Below are positions 26,864-39,586 of a DNA stretch of 57,498 bases, one piece after another (position 1 is the first letter of the stretch; each line of letters opens with the position of its first letter). Origin of the DNA: Rhynchobatus australiae (Eukaryota). The position numbers and the translations under genes were made by a program. The notes under the pieces were generated by a model that saw only the letters and a list, made by a program, of their open reading frames with translations, was not told the DNA's origin and did no database searches. The stretch covers positions 22,932,357 to 22,989,854 of the forward strand of contig JAUZTB010000107.1 in the NCBI GenBank assembly GCA_034780895.1, given 5' to 3'.

Positions 26864-29800
26864 TGCATGCAGGGATAAAAATGCTAATGAAACTTTGTCC
26901 TCGATCTCTAGAATGCTGGAATACTGAAACAAGGAAATTATGCTCTAACTATCAGATGCTTTCATGAGCACTGATTTTAGTTTTATCCCCTGAGCCTCAT
27001 GGTACATTATGTCATATTTTGCAAGAGTGGGCAACTTGTCCATGCAACATTAATTGCAAGGGTTTGAGCACATTTAGACTTTTAAATCATTTGCCTGCAA
27101 AGTTGTTAGATAGTGGAAAACAGCACAACAAGAAACCAGGGCATCTCAGGTCTTGATAAATAATGGAATAAACAACAGATCCCCTTAGCTGAGGAGATTT
27201 AAGAAATAAACAGAAGAGAGGATGAATTAGACTGGATGTATTCACTGGGCAAGGCTCTGCTGATCAGATCCCTGTACTGGAACCGTCCGTCCTGTTTCTT
27301 CCGCATCTGTGATTACCCGCGTGCGATGCAGAGGATCAATTTTGCTGTCCCTTTTGTTGACATTTGCACACCCTGTTACTGGAGTAAACCAAAAGTCCAG
27401 TGGCATGGTCTTTGTGAAGGCAAGGTCTTCAGTGACACACCAAAGAAGCTGCACTTGCAATGCCCTCTCCCCATTGCCCCCCGCCCCCCCCCCAAGAGCC
27501 GTGGCAGCGGGGAAAGGCCAGTGACCAATTTTGTCCCCTGAAAAAAGTGACAGTATAATTTTTAACCATTCTTAAATGTCTCTGAAATTTGGAGGTGGTT
27601 AAAAGCCATTAAGATCAACCACTTAAACAAATTAAATTGTTTTTGCTTTAAATAGTCGTCCAAAGTATTGTCAAACACATAAATTAAAAACATTAAACTA
27701 AAGCAATTCTTTAAAGTAAATTCACTTTTCCCCTCAGTTTCCCAAATCTCATTTATACAATTCCGATTGAAAGCAATGGAATTTCAGAGACAATGCCAGA
27801 TCAAGAGACAATCTCTCACCATAAGTGCTGATAATAAGAAGGATTGCACATGGAAACTAACAGCAGAGTGAACTGACAGGTGCAGCCGAATACATGAAAG
27901 CACTGGACATTGCCAATTAAATGGATAAATAGCAATGGAGCATCTAGAAGTGGCAACATTAGCTAGGTAAATCCAGCCCATGATTTAATCAAGTCTGGCA
28001 AGAGAAATAAAGTGAGTGAAAGAAAGCATGGATTAAGAGAGGGGAAAGAAAGAAGAGTCAGAAATAGAAATATTTGTCATTTTTAAAATCTCCTAAAATA
28101 ATTCACAAGCTGGAAAAGTGAGACAGGACCCCACATGGTTCACTCTCTTGGAAAAGGACGTTGATTGGCTGCCATTAACATTTACTATGCCACTAAAAGG
28201 CACTTTATTATCCTTCACCAGAATTAACTTCGTGGAAAGTTTATGAGGCAACTGACGTGCAATTGTAGCAACTTCATGGAAATGATATTGGAAATGCCAT
28301 TCTGTGAAGCTGACACTGCAGCACCACCAACCATCCAGCAAGTCGTGGAGTATCTCCTTTCTGCTATGATTTCCTGGCAGACTTCTATGTTAATGATGGC
28401 TTGTGTCTCAAAGATCATTTTATGTCTTCAACAAAATGTGGATTGAAATTGGCTTTGGAAGGGGAACAGCATGGATTNNNNNNNNNNNNNNNNNNNNNNN
28501 NNNNNNNNNNNNNNNNNNNNNNNNNNNNNNNNNNNNNNNNNNNNNNNNNNNNNNNNNNNNNNNNNNNNNNNNNNNNNNNNNNNNNNNNNNNNNNNNNNNN
28601 NNNNNNNNNNNNNNNNNNNNNNNNNNNNNNNNNNNNNNNNNNNNNNNNNNNNNNNNNNNNNNNNNNNNNNNNNNNNNNNNNNNNNNNNNNNNNNNNNNNN
28701 NNNNNNNNNNNNNNNNNNNNNNNNNNNNNNNNNNNNNNNNNNNNNNNNNNNNNNNNNNNNNNNNNNNNNNNNNNNNNNNNNNNNNNNNNNNNNNNNNNNN
28801 NNNNNNNNNNNNNNNNNNNNNNNNNNNNNNNNNNNNNNNNNNNNNNNNNNNNNNNNNNNNNNNNNNNNNNNNNNNNNNNNNNNNNNNNNNNNNNNNNNNN
28901 NNNNNNNNNNNNNNNNNNNNNNNNNNNNNNNNNNNNNNNNNNNNNNNNNNNNNNNNNNNNNNNNNNNNNNNNNNNNNNNNNNNNNNNNNNNNNNNNNNNN
29001 NNNNNNNNNNNNNNNNNNNNNNNNNNNNNNNNNNNNNNNNNNNNNNNNNNNNNNNNNNNNNNNNNNNNNNNNNNNNNNNNNAAGTGGGTGAATTTAAAAT
29101 TGGTTTAAAAATGGCTGGCCACTAAAAACTGGAATGTTCTTAGATCCAATGACAGTTTAAAAGTTAACACTTTAAAAATAAAATCTTGCCTAGTTTCCAT
29201 ACTGAACATGGAACAATTAATGGTAGTGCAGTTGTGACTTAAACATTTAATCAAGCTGCATTTTCTTTCCTCTTTTGAACATTTCTAAGCACTCAGGGTG
29301 CCTTTCACACCTCCAGAAAATGTCTATAGCCCTCTCTGGGGACACCATTAATGCTGCACCATAATCCACTATGAAAAGCTGTTCCCCTGTAAAAGTGTTA
29401 CAGAACTTAATAATTTTTCCAATGTGAAATGTCCAGACAAAAATGCAGCATATTTGTCAAATGAGAATAGCCGATTGTAAATAATGATTTAGACTAGTAT
29501 CAAAATTTAATACCTGTTTTTTGAAAGTTTAACACAACTATTGCAGTTACTAGGTTTGCAAATCTAATTGTTTCCAATGCATACACATTACTGGATCTCA
29601 TAAAAGAATTCCATATATAGTATTTGTGCCCTTGTGCTTAGTTAGGTGATGAGAATGGATTCCAACTGCTTGATTTACGAACACTGAAGTACAGTCCTGT
29701 GAGCATTTTTTAGAGGAATTAAAAAAGAACTCAATTGTTTGCACCATAGTGGAGTTCACAGTTACTGTGCCAGCATGGCATCCACTTATCATGAAAATTT

Positions 29801-30209
29801 CCATTAAATTCACTTTTGCGGCCAGATAAGTCACATTAGTATGAACAAACTGCAGGGTACAACAATTAATATCTGTAAAAAATACAGTGTTCATGGTGCT
29901 GTGTTAATCATTAGAAAGCGTGCTTGCAAAAATCCACTTTAACAGAGGACAGACTTCTGCAATTACATTTTTTGCTAGAAATTGTCACAGTTGTAAGTAC
30001 ATCCTGGTACCTATATTATGAAAGTCAGGGATATGGAATTAATATCTGTATTCAATTACACATAACATTACAGTCATGGATTTCCATACACTGGGTAAGT
30101 GTATAGTGCAGAGTGGTTTGCAGTCACAATGGAGTCACAATATCTCCAGGTTTTGATGGGAAGTGTTGGCTAAAAGAAAATAAACAAGCTCCTGGACCTT
30201 ATTCAATAA

Positions 30210-30536
30210 GGTGCCACAGTGACTCAGCTAGTAGAGCTGCTACCTCACATTTCCAGTTAACTGTGCTCATTCCTGACCTACTGTGCTGTCTGTCTGGAGT
30301 CTGCATGGTCTCCTTGTAAACTCCTGGGTTTCCTCCAGGTGCTCCAGTTGCCTCCCAAATTCCAAAGACGTGTGGGTTGGTAGGTTGATTGTCCATTGTA
30401 AATTGTCCCTAATGTGTAGCTGAGTGATAGAATCTGGGGGCAGTTGATGGGAAAGTGGGGATAATAAACTCAGATCAGTTTAAGATTATTGTAAATGGGT
30501 GCTTGATGGTCAGCACATTGTGACGCTATGACTCTA
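30210..30536 (+). mobile_element. V-domain tRNA-SINE (HE1-like)
   Basis: gggtttcctccaggtgctccagttgcctccc...ccaaagacgtgtgggttggtaggttgattg...gtaaattgtccctaatgtgtag, with a ctatgactct tail. Confidence 0.8.
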
Positions 30537-31024
30537 ACCATTGTTGGAAAGTACTTTTATGAGTGCTGGTGAGGAGAAAGCATAAGACTATGTTTCTTCC
30601 CACAGTTAATAACATTCATTCTTTACAGTGCACGTAATTGGATAAAATATTGGAAGTTAGGCAACACTCATCTGATTGAACATGTAATTATCTGCAGGAA
30701 AGGAAACAATTAAGTTATGATTTAAGGAACATGGGAGATTAAATTGGATAGCACCGGAAGGAAGGCCTCGAGATCATGTCCTGCAAAATATTCAGCTCAA
30801 CAGTACTCTATTTTACTTGCATGTNNNNNNNNNNAGTGACCAGCCAACATTAACATTGCTTATTTTGCCTTAGAGCATCACCACAGAGACTGATTTAATG
30901 AGTATTTCATACCAGTTCAAGCTAGCTCAAGCTAAACAAACCTCATTAAGATATGAGGTGCAGGTGCCTTGGAGCTGGTTATGGCAGTCATTGCACATGG
31001 CTTCACTGGAAACCAAGGCTAAAT

Positions 31025-31150
31025 ATGGCCAAGTGTAGGCACCCAGATAGTGGAATATAATACTGGAAAGTTTGGTAGACAAGGTGCAGAAGAACAGAAG
31101 GGTTATCTACTGCAGCAGACCACAAAACCCTCCAGGTAATGGGAGGAGTC
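31025..31150 (+). pseudogene. Decayed Myb/SANT-like gene start (Harbinger accessory ORF)
   Basis: The frame from 31039 reads APR*WNIILESLVDKVQKNRRVIY, resembling 'APRFS...LE.LV..V..RR.VL' of Myb/SANT-like Harbinger proteins. Confidence 0.5.
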
Positions 31151-31920
31151 TACAGTCAAAATCTACACAAGAAATAATCCCTCACTGGTATGGACAACTC
31201 TGCTCCATTTAACTCTTACATGTTTCATGGGCAGAGACTAAATCATTACCTCTCCTACCCGCCAGCTTTAAGCACCACTCAATGCACCACCTACTGCAAT
31301 CTCTGTCTATAACTTTGTGAGATTCATTGTCGAGTGCCAGTAGCTCAGTGGAGGAAGAACTTGCTGACCTTTCTCAGGTGAGCAGCATTCACCATTTGAC
31401 CAAGATCACTCCGCAGCTGATCCTGATGTTGCCCAGGAGATATTAAGTGCAGACTGTTCATGGTGTAAAGGTGTCGTCTGACGCTGTGTCCTTCAGGGGC
31501 AGAGCTGCTCAAAGTTGTACTTTTAGGCCATCTGCAACTTCCTCCACTGCCCCCCACGTAGCCCCCACCAACCATGCTGCAGCCATTGGGTAGGCACAAG
31601 AGTAGGAGTAGCCAGGCTGGGTAAAGGTACCCAGATGACAGGCACTAAAGGCATCAGTAGATGTTTCTGTGGTTGTATTTATGAATATAGTTTGTGAAGA
31701 TGTGTGGTGTTGGCTTTCATTATTTCTGTGATCAGGTAATGTTGTGATGGTCAACCAGAGCAAGGGAAAGATAAGAACAGTAGTATACTAGAGAACTGGG
31801 TTACGATTGGTGGAAATCACAGCTCATTGATTGGACATGGACAGCTCAGACAGGGTCTTTGTTTCTTTCTTCTCTTTCTACTCTGCAGCTGCTCTTATGG
31901 GTTGAAACCTCATGATTCCT

Positions 31921-32225
31921 GGCAGTCACGGTAGTGTAGCGGATAGCTTATAGCTTTACAGCGCCAGTGACCTGGGTTCAATTCTGGCCACTGTCTGTAA
32001 GGAGTTTGTACCTTCTCCCCATGTCTGCGTGGGTTTCCTCCAGGTGCTCTGGTTTCCTCCCACATTCCAAAGACGTACGGATTAGGAACTTTTAGGCATG
32101 CTATGCTGGCGCCGGAAGTGTGGCGACACTTGTGGGCTACCTGCAGAACACTCTCCGCAAAAAGATGCATTTCACTGTGTGTTTTGATGTACATGTCACT
32201 AATGATGATATCTTATCTTATCTTA
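31921..32225 (+). mobile_element. Well-preserved V-domain tRNA-SINE with a (TCTTA)3 tail
   Basis: Head ggtagtgtagcggatagc...gggttcaattct, near-consensus V-domain ggagtttgtaccttctccccatgtctgcgtgggtttcctccaggtgctctggtttcctcccacattccaaagacg, and end atcttatcttatctta. Confidence 0.85.
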
Positions 32226-32229
32226 TGAA

Positions 32230-32860
32230 GCAGACAGCAGACAACCATGAACGTAGACTTGCTTTGCCATGTTCTGCAAAATGACTCCAGAGCAGTCCAT
32301 GCAATAAGAATATTGCTCGAGTACTTCAATCATCTGATCAACAACACTAGGGTGACAGTCAGCTGCTTGATGTAGGCATTTGCTACTCTTTTGTATGAAT
32401 TTCAGTCTGGACTCTGCTGCCAAATCGTGAGAGTGTAGCTCTTGGCTCCGAGTGCCAACCCTTTGGTCTGACATGGAGGTCGCAGTGATTGCTGCTCAGG
32501 TATCTCACTGCAACAGCAAGATCATCTAAATTTGGTCACAGACCAGCTACATATTCAGGGAATGGAAGCTTTTGGAGCTATGGAACTTCACAGGATCCAT
32601 ATTTGATAGCCTTATCAGAGCAGTGAATGGTTCCCTGTACAACCAGAAAGCCTGCAGTCTTGGCAAGACCTTGTTCTCTTGCTGTCTGCTGTTCTCTGAC
32701 AAGAGGAAAGGAGATGAATTTGGCTTTCCTGAAGTTGAGAGTAGCTGGTATCTCTGCATTGCAGCTGTGTGATGAAAACTGTAACACATTATTGCTATCC
32801 CTTGCGTCATCTAGAAGGGTCCAGGACAGCCACCATGACATTCACTGCCACTGACGCTGC
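32230..32860 (-). pseudogene. Decayed PIF/Harbinger (HARBI1-like) DDE transposase
   Basis: Ordered motifs across shifted frames: AGFLVVQGTIHCS (cf. AGFP.V.GAIDCTH), FHSSKSFHSLNM.LVCD (cf. NRKGFHSLNVQ.VCD), SVVDQMIEVLEQYSYCMDCSGVILQ (cf. R..IE.TIG.LK.RFRCLD.SGG.LQY). Stops and frameshifts are present. Confidence 0.8.
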
Positions 32861-34764
32861 AGCTCTAGACCTGCTCTGGGGCTCCAGTTGCAGCTGCAGG
32901 AGAATCTCCTAGGATATTGCTCAGAGGAGCACTGCTCCCTAAAAATACCCTTGGGTGGGGGGGGGGGTAGACCTGCAGCTCCTCTTCCCAGCTCCCCCCA
33001 CTCCTTTTACCAGCAAGTTGCCCTATCCTCCTCACTTTACCCACCATACTGCACACTGAGAGGAATGGGTGCAAAAGTCCCATGTCTGGCAGGTACAGAG
33101 TCTGGGTGAAGCCAATAAACAAGGAAAATGTTCACTTCTGCAGTACCACTCCATGTAGCTTTCAGCAACTGTGACCATGCTTGCAAACATCATCAAGTAT
33201 TTCTTGACGTATCAACCATCTTCAAATCTGCAAGTCATTGTTGATACATTTAAATAGCACCGGCCAGGGGTTTTGACTCCCCTACTGGCTCTTCCATGCC
33301 AGTTGAACACATTATCTGCATTTTGGGAGTCCAGTTTCCAGCATTATCAATAAATGAGTGTAACACACTGATTAATGTCACAGCCACTCTGTAACTCAGC
33401 ATGTGCAAGTGTCACATGCGATGCTGTCCTTTTCAATACAGACATCATTCTGGGTCGACCTGCAAATGTGCGTGTGCATACGATGCAGAAAAGACAAAGC
33501 AGAATGGGGGCCCATTATACCCAAACAACGGATCAGTACGGGAGGGGATTCATTTTATTTAACTGAAGGCACTCAGGGAAAATTGTTTTAGTGAGCTTGC
33601 CACGCCTCAATGGTCAGGGATTTTATGCAACCCGCTGACACAACAGAATGCTCAGAGAAATCAACAAGAACGGAATTGCCAAAGGTACAGTTGTGTATTC
33701 ATTAACTGAGCAAAGAGAAGCAAACAGCTGTTTTTTTTACATACCAATGTTTCATGGAAAAATATCTTGTGTCAGGTTATTCCATGTACACTAAAATCTA
33801 TTTTTCATATACTTGAGATTACGGGCATGTATCAAATGCTGCTTGATCCACATGAGTTGCCTAAAAGCTACTATTATAACCTGCTTCATCCAGTATGGAT
33901 GAAATTTCTTCTATACCTGATATAAAATTACAGCTTCAATTCAACTCTGCTGCACACAAAGCTCGTACTGAATAGGAAGTAAATGGATCCCAGAAAAGTT
34001 AAGACGATAATCCAATCAAGAGGTTCAGATAACCTAAACCATACAAGAAAACAAAGCTATTTTAGTTCTCTAAANNNNNNNNNNCTTACAACACTGAGGT
34101 AGAGTTTACTTATTCATATGCTATCAAATAACTAGAGGTGCCACAATTCACTTATCAGTAACATATATTTCCTTGTTCTGGATGCCATTTTCATATCAAG
34201 TCAGCCTGAATATACCTATATTGCCACTACAGCACCCTGTAGAACCCTAGCTGTCAGCTACATGGAAAAACAGCATTCAAATGGCTTAGCAATGCCATTA
34301 AAAAAATTGGACAACAGAATTTTGTATAAACCACTCATGTAAATATGGTTAAATCATATTATGCCATATTGTGAAATTTTTCCCCAATGTCTGTAAATAA
34401 TTAAAAAATTAGCAATAATATGACTAAACCAGTTAATATTGGCTGTTTTTAATTAGATGTTAGAAATAATTTTATGCAAAGGCTTTAGAGGAAGACTAAA
34501 TCTTCTAAACACCCAAAGTGCCAGCACAGGATCACATATTCTTTACTTGAGGAGCCCTTGCCCACATATCAGTTTTTGAACTCTTTTGCATATTGAGACT
34601 AGTTTTGTAAATGCCAATTTCTAGCAGGCAACTTGGATATTCTGAAGATATGATGGCATAAAATTTATTAACATGGCCTGAGAAAGTGGTAGAGTCAAGG
34701 ATCTGCATGGTGTAAGGATCTGTTGATGTGGTTGAATAATTTGTTAGACCAATTTGGAGGGTAG

Positions 34765-34875
34765 ATGCTTAAGAGATAACCCATGTTGCTGCTTGAGTAT
34801 TAAGTCACAAGCCACATTGAATAAGGATGGATAGACTAAAGGACTAAAGTGAATCAGCTGGATTTTTACAACACT
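34765..34875 (-). mobile_element. Decayed SINE-like fragment
   Basis: The reverse strand gttgtaaaaatccagctgattcactttagtccttta...gtgact...cagcaacatgggttatctcttaa resembles a common elasmobranch SINE body (recall only). Confidence 0.4.
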
Positions 34876-34879
34876 GTTA

Positions 34880-34936
34880 CCTTTTACTGATGCCCACTTT
34901 CTACACGGTCTCCTTTTACTGATGCCCACTTTCTAC
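34880..34936. repeat. 25-bp direct repeat with a 7-bp spacer
   Basis: ccttttactgatgcccactttctac at 34880-34904 and 34912-34936. Confidence 0.9.
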
Positions 34937-36753
34937 TGCATTTTAAAAGCAGACAATTCAAAATATCAAATATGCATATGGAATATTAACTCTGATCCTG
35001 GCTTAGTCAAGAATTCGGGATCAGTTGTGCAATCGTTCCTGTATAGCAAGAAATCTCTCTAATGCTGCCCATGATTTCCATCTAGAATGAAGAGAAAATT
35101 ATGGAGCTTGTGTCCATTATCTCCCAACTTGTCCTCTTGTTAGTCAAGGCTACTTATTGTTGGAAATGTTGTACAATTGACCCTTTATGCTTCTATTAAT
35201 TTTCAATACGTTAACCTTTTCAGCATTTCTCTGGCTCAACTAAAAGATATGTTAGGTTTGAGAAGCATATGTGTGGTACAAATGTGTAGTGGCATGAAAA
35301 TGAGGAACACATTCTTCTTACCACAATGGTGTTTGCAAAAGTACAGACATACAGAAAAAATCCTTTTAAATATCTTTAAAAACTATTGTAATCAACTCAC
35401 TCATATAGGCCTTTGTGAACTTTGGACCATATTTCACTGCCAGGGATTACGCCCAGTTAGTGCAAGGTCCAGACCCAATCATTAAGAAGTTGGTTATACA
35501 CATTAGTGCACATAGAGACAAAGTATAAACTATTTGGCTTGGATAAAAGAGAGATGTAAAAACAATTGTAATGCTGAAATTTGAACAACTTCTGCTCCTG
35601 CCAAAATCAATTAGATTTTCTCAATGCTTTAGTACAAAGCAATGAAGAACCTCTAAAACAATCTGCTATCCTCATCCTTTTTGGTAATTTTGAAATCAGT
35701 GAAGTACAAGACTATTTGAATATTGTATTTGAAGAAGAGATCACTTGCAGTGGGTGCATTAAAAATATAGAGTCAATATTTTTGATTATTTTCTTCCACT
35801 TTTCATATATTCTACAATTGCAAAAGCAAGAGAATATTACAACTGATGTTAGAATGTAATTACTATTAGGTGATTAAATGTGACAACCAATATATGTACA
35901 GCAAGATGCCACAAGCTGAAAATTGGTTAATTGTCTTCTTCTGGTGTTGTCAGTTCAGAAAGAAATGTTCCCAAAATAACGAGTGAAATCTCAATTAATG
36001 AGATTTCCAATATGTATCATCACCAAAACAAGCCNNNNNNNNNNNNNNNNNNNNNNNNNNNNNNNNNNNNNNNNNNNNNNNNNNNNNNNNNNNNNNNNNN
36101 NNNNNNNNNNNNNNNNNNNNNNNNNNNNNCAGTTAAACCTGCCAGCAAAAATTCTCTCAAGTGTACTTTAAGTGTTGTCCTTTGACTTTTCTAACACTTC
36201 TGCTCATAATCCTCCAGCCTTTCTGGAGTGAATTGTCAGTAATATATCCCTAAACAATTCAAATAGAGACTGACATTCATAAACAATAGGGTTCATCCCT
36301 CTTCTACTTCAGAACCAAGTACTAGCACTTTTCCAATAAAGTATAACAAGGTTAAATTGACTTTAAATACAGTAGGAGAAATTTATGCCTGATTGAGCAG
36401 CAATGTATTATGAAAAATAAAACAATCCAAATGAATCAACCTTATAACATACTCATGACTCTAGTTTAGAATTATTAGATCTGATATCATGGACCATTTT
36501 TTTCATTTCTGATCATATGCACAATCAGATGAATCTCACATTCATGGAAATAGAATTTGTAATGTGGACATATTTGAATATCCCAGCACTTTGAAATACT
36601 CCACTTACATGCAATAAACATTAGCCCACAGTTTCCCAATTACAAAATATAATTCAAAAACTATAAAAATTAATTAATACGTTTTCAATCTATTTCTATA
36701 GATGAACTTTAAAACTTTATATCATAAATAAAAAGAAATGAAAGATGATTTAC

Positions 36754-37046
36754 CCTTCTTCCAGCCTCATTGTTATGCAGATTCATAAATGTCCTGGCAC
36801 TATCATAAGTTCCTTTCTGATAGATCTTCTCCCTCTCCCTGGCATCCACGAACTCCTTTGCAAACCTGTAGCCATACTCTACATTATCTCCACAGCCACC
36901 CCATAGCCAGTCACGTGGTAAATCCTTGGGCCTTGCAGCACGACTGCAGCCACACGTGGCCAGCTCCCCTTCACGACAAGCTCGGCTGATAGCATGCACC
37001 ACTCCAGCAGCAGAAATCCCATAAGTGAAGGCAGTTTCTCGGCTTC
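36754..37046 (-). CDS. wnt5a: Wnt-5a coding exon 4 (293 nt)
   Basis: Acceptor ttttttattAG (37048-37047) and donor AGG|gtaaat (36753-36752). Translates (G)[70 protein letters not shown]...[11 protein letters not shown]. Phase 1 in and phase 0 out match the neighbouring exons. Confidence 0.98.
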
Positions 37047-39004
37047 CTAATAAAAAACATAAATAGCTTCAATGCAGAAGAGTAAATCAATCACCTGAGT
37101 TTAAACAAAAGACAAATTCAAATCAGTTTAATAACCTATTTCCTCCATAATGTCATTGCTATCTGTGGGGAATCTTGAAGGGTTTTAGTAGTTTCATAAT
37201 CAAAATAGTTGTACATTTTACATATTATCTGAAGAGGGGAATATGTGCTTTCGTGCCAGAACAGAGCAGTGTAGCTGTCTCCCTCAAACTGATTGTTGCA
37301 CGATTCTGAAGTATAGTTAAGGATATGCAAATTATTTGCAGTTTTAATAATTAACATTCTAACTAAGATCCCTTTGAAACAAGAAAAATAAAATTAGCAC
37401 TTTTAGTGTAATTTGCAACCTTGTCCTGAAAAATCTTTTGAGCATTACCAACAGAGGATAGATCTGCATCACAGGAAGTTAACTCAGCCAAGAGTTCCTG
37501 TTTTGGACATAATTGGCAATCTGGGCATAAATTGTGCTCAAGATTGCCCAACATATAAGAAGTCTATTTTTGGCTTAAATTTCTGCTCAAGTTCATTTGC
37601 ATATTATTTAACATGGAACCTACCATGAACCAGCCTAATCAGGAAGCAGTCCACGTAAATTTTTGGAAATTCCCTTGCATAGATTTAAGAATGGTAAATG
37701 GTGCCTTTTTATTATTACAGCTAAAAATATATTTATATTGCACAAAAAGTAAACATTTTAAACTGTCTTGTCCTCTCCCTGCAAACCAATTTTAATAACT
37801 GAAGGTGACATTGAAAGTACCACACAACTGGTTACATTGGTGCACAGTAGTCACTTGCTTAGAAGATGTCAAAATAAATGTTTTTAAAGCATTTAAAATA
37901 TGCCTACTAGAGTCCTTCCAAAAATAATTAAGATCCTTTTGGATGGTGCATACATGGAGCAATTCCTGGGAAGCTGCAGGATTAGTTAATTCACTGTAGG
38001 CATGTGGCCATTGTTGTAGATGAAGCTGGACTCCAGCACAATGTATTTTCAAGTAGCGCAAAAGATTGTGAAAACCTACATTTGAAGTTACTCATTTTCT
38101 TACATTATTTTGGCTGATCTGGTATGAATTGAGTTGAACTGCATACTAACAGAAATGTAAGTCCCTAGTAAATAAAAACTGAAATTCAACAAAAATTCAC
38201 GAAGAGAAAGAACATAAACTGAACTCTCCTTATGATTGGTACAGCAATATAATGCAGTTTTTACTGACAAAATGTTTGAAAAGGTTGCTTGCCATTTGGG
38301 AGTAATAAAAGCCCAGATTAACTTTTCACTTGTCATTTTAACCCAAGCAAATAAAATTAAATAAAATATAGCTTTGGTACAGGCATGGAGTTTTCCTGTT
38401 GGTTAGAGAAGTTCTACAAGAGGCCACATAAGGATCAGATGCAGAAGAAAAGCAAAGAGAATATGAGGGGTTCCAGATGGAAGAATGCAACTTGAAAGCA
38501 AGCTGGTTCCTATGCTTTTCAGCTGACCAAAGCTGGAAAGTAATTAGCCCAAGGCATCTTGCCAGTGGTGCTACAGAATAGCTAAAGCCAAAGTGAAAAG
38601 AAAAAGCAATAAAAATTCTAACATCATACAAAACAGAAATAAAATGAATCTGAGTCATTATACCAGACCTTGCATAGGACATGAAGGATGGGCAACATTC
38701 GTTGATATTTTTCATCAGAGTGTGGTTCCAAATGGTCTTCAAATACAAACAGGGCTGAAAGTTACTTTAATTTTCAATTCTTCAAAAACAGAATCTGTTG
38801 TATCACTAAACACTGGCTACAAAAGGATTTGGGAACTGTAGCTGTGAAGAACATAACTCCTGCCCAGGATTAAGTGTGCTTTTAAATGGTAATGTTTAAC
38901 GGATTTAAAAAATACAGAGGATAATTAGGATGGAAATTGGTTTGAATGAATAATGTGATTCCATGACAGCACTTTGAGACTAGAATTAATGCTCCTCACA
39001 TATT

Positions 39005-39215
39005 ATAAGAAAGCTTGAATTTATATAGCACCTTTCATGACTTGAGAGCATTCCAAAGTGCTTTCAATGAATGAATTCCTTCGTTTGAAGTTTAGTGATT
39101 GTAGTAATGTGGGAAACGTGGCAGCCAATTTATTCACAGTAAGGTCCCACAAACAGCAATGTGATAATGATTGGACAATAAGTTTTTTGTGACATTGATT
39201 GAAGGATAACCATTG
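39005..39215 (-). mobile_element. Deu-domain SINE 3' half (SacSINE1/AmnSINE1 superfamily)
   Basis: Reverse strand: tcattatcacattgctgtttgtgggaccttactgtgaataaattggctgccacgtttcccacattactaca...aaagcactttggaatg...tgaaaggtgctatataaat. Confidence 0.8.
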
Positions 39216-39318
39216 AATTCAATTGCAGAAGCAAGTTGTTAAGCTTGAAGAATGTAAAACTTGGTATGAATGAATCAAAAAATTCCATTTCAAACATACA
39301 TTACAAAACTAGCAAAAA

Positions 39319-39432
39319 CTGTAAATGTTGGAAATACTCAGCNNNCAGGCCACTTCTTTGCTCCGATGCAGCCTGACCTGTTGAGTATTTCCAGCATTTT
39401 CTGTTTTTGTTTTAGATTTCCAGAATTTACAG
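39319..39432. mobile_element. Inverted pair of the same short repeat
   Basis: ctgtaaatgttggaaatactcagc faces gatgcagcctgacctgttgagtatttccagcattttctg...atttccagaatttacag. Confidence 0.6.
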
Positions 39433-39506
39433 TTATTTTTAAATTTCACTTAAATAACATATATCCCTGACTGGTTCAGCATGACTCTTCTGATGTGGCC
39501 CTCTCA

Positions 39507-39586
39507 AAAACCAACTTAAAACTAGCTGAAGACCAAATTTCATCTCCAAAACCAACTCAAAACCGCTGAAGACCAAATTTCATCAC
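39507..39586. repeat. Two-copy ~40-bp tandem repeat
   Basis: aaaaccaactyaaaac..gctgaagaccaaatttcatc occurs twice. Confidence 0.9.

Noticed and set aside
27330-28340. Possible non-autonomous DNA-transposon remnant
   Set aside because: Repeat-like texture, but I could not identify termini, a second copy or coding motifs.
31921-31990. tRNA-like sequence
   Set aside because: It is the tRNA-derived head of a SINE and runs straight into the V-domain; no complete cloverleaf.
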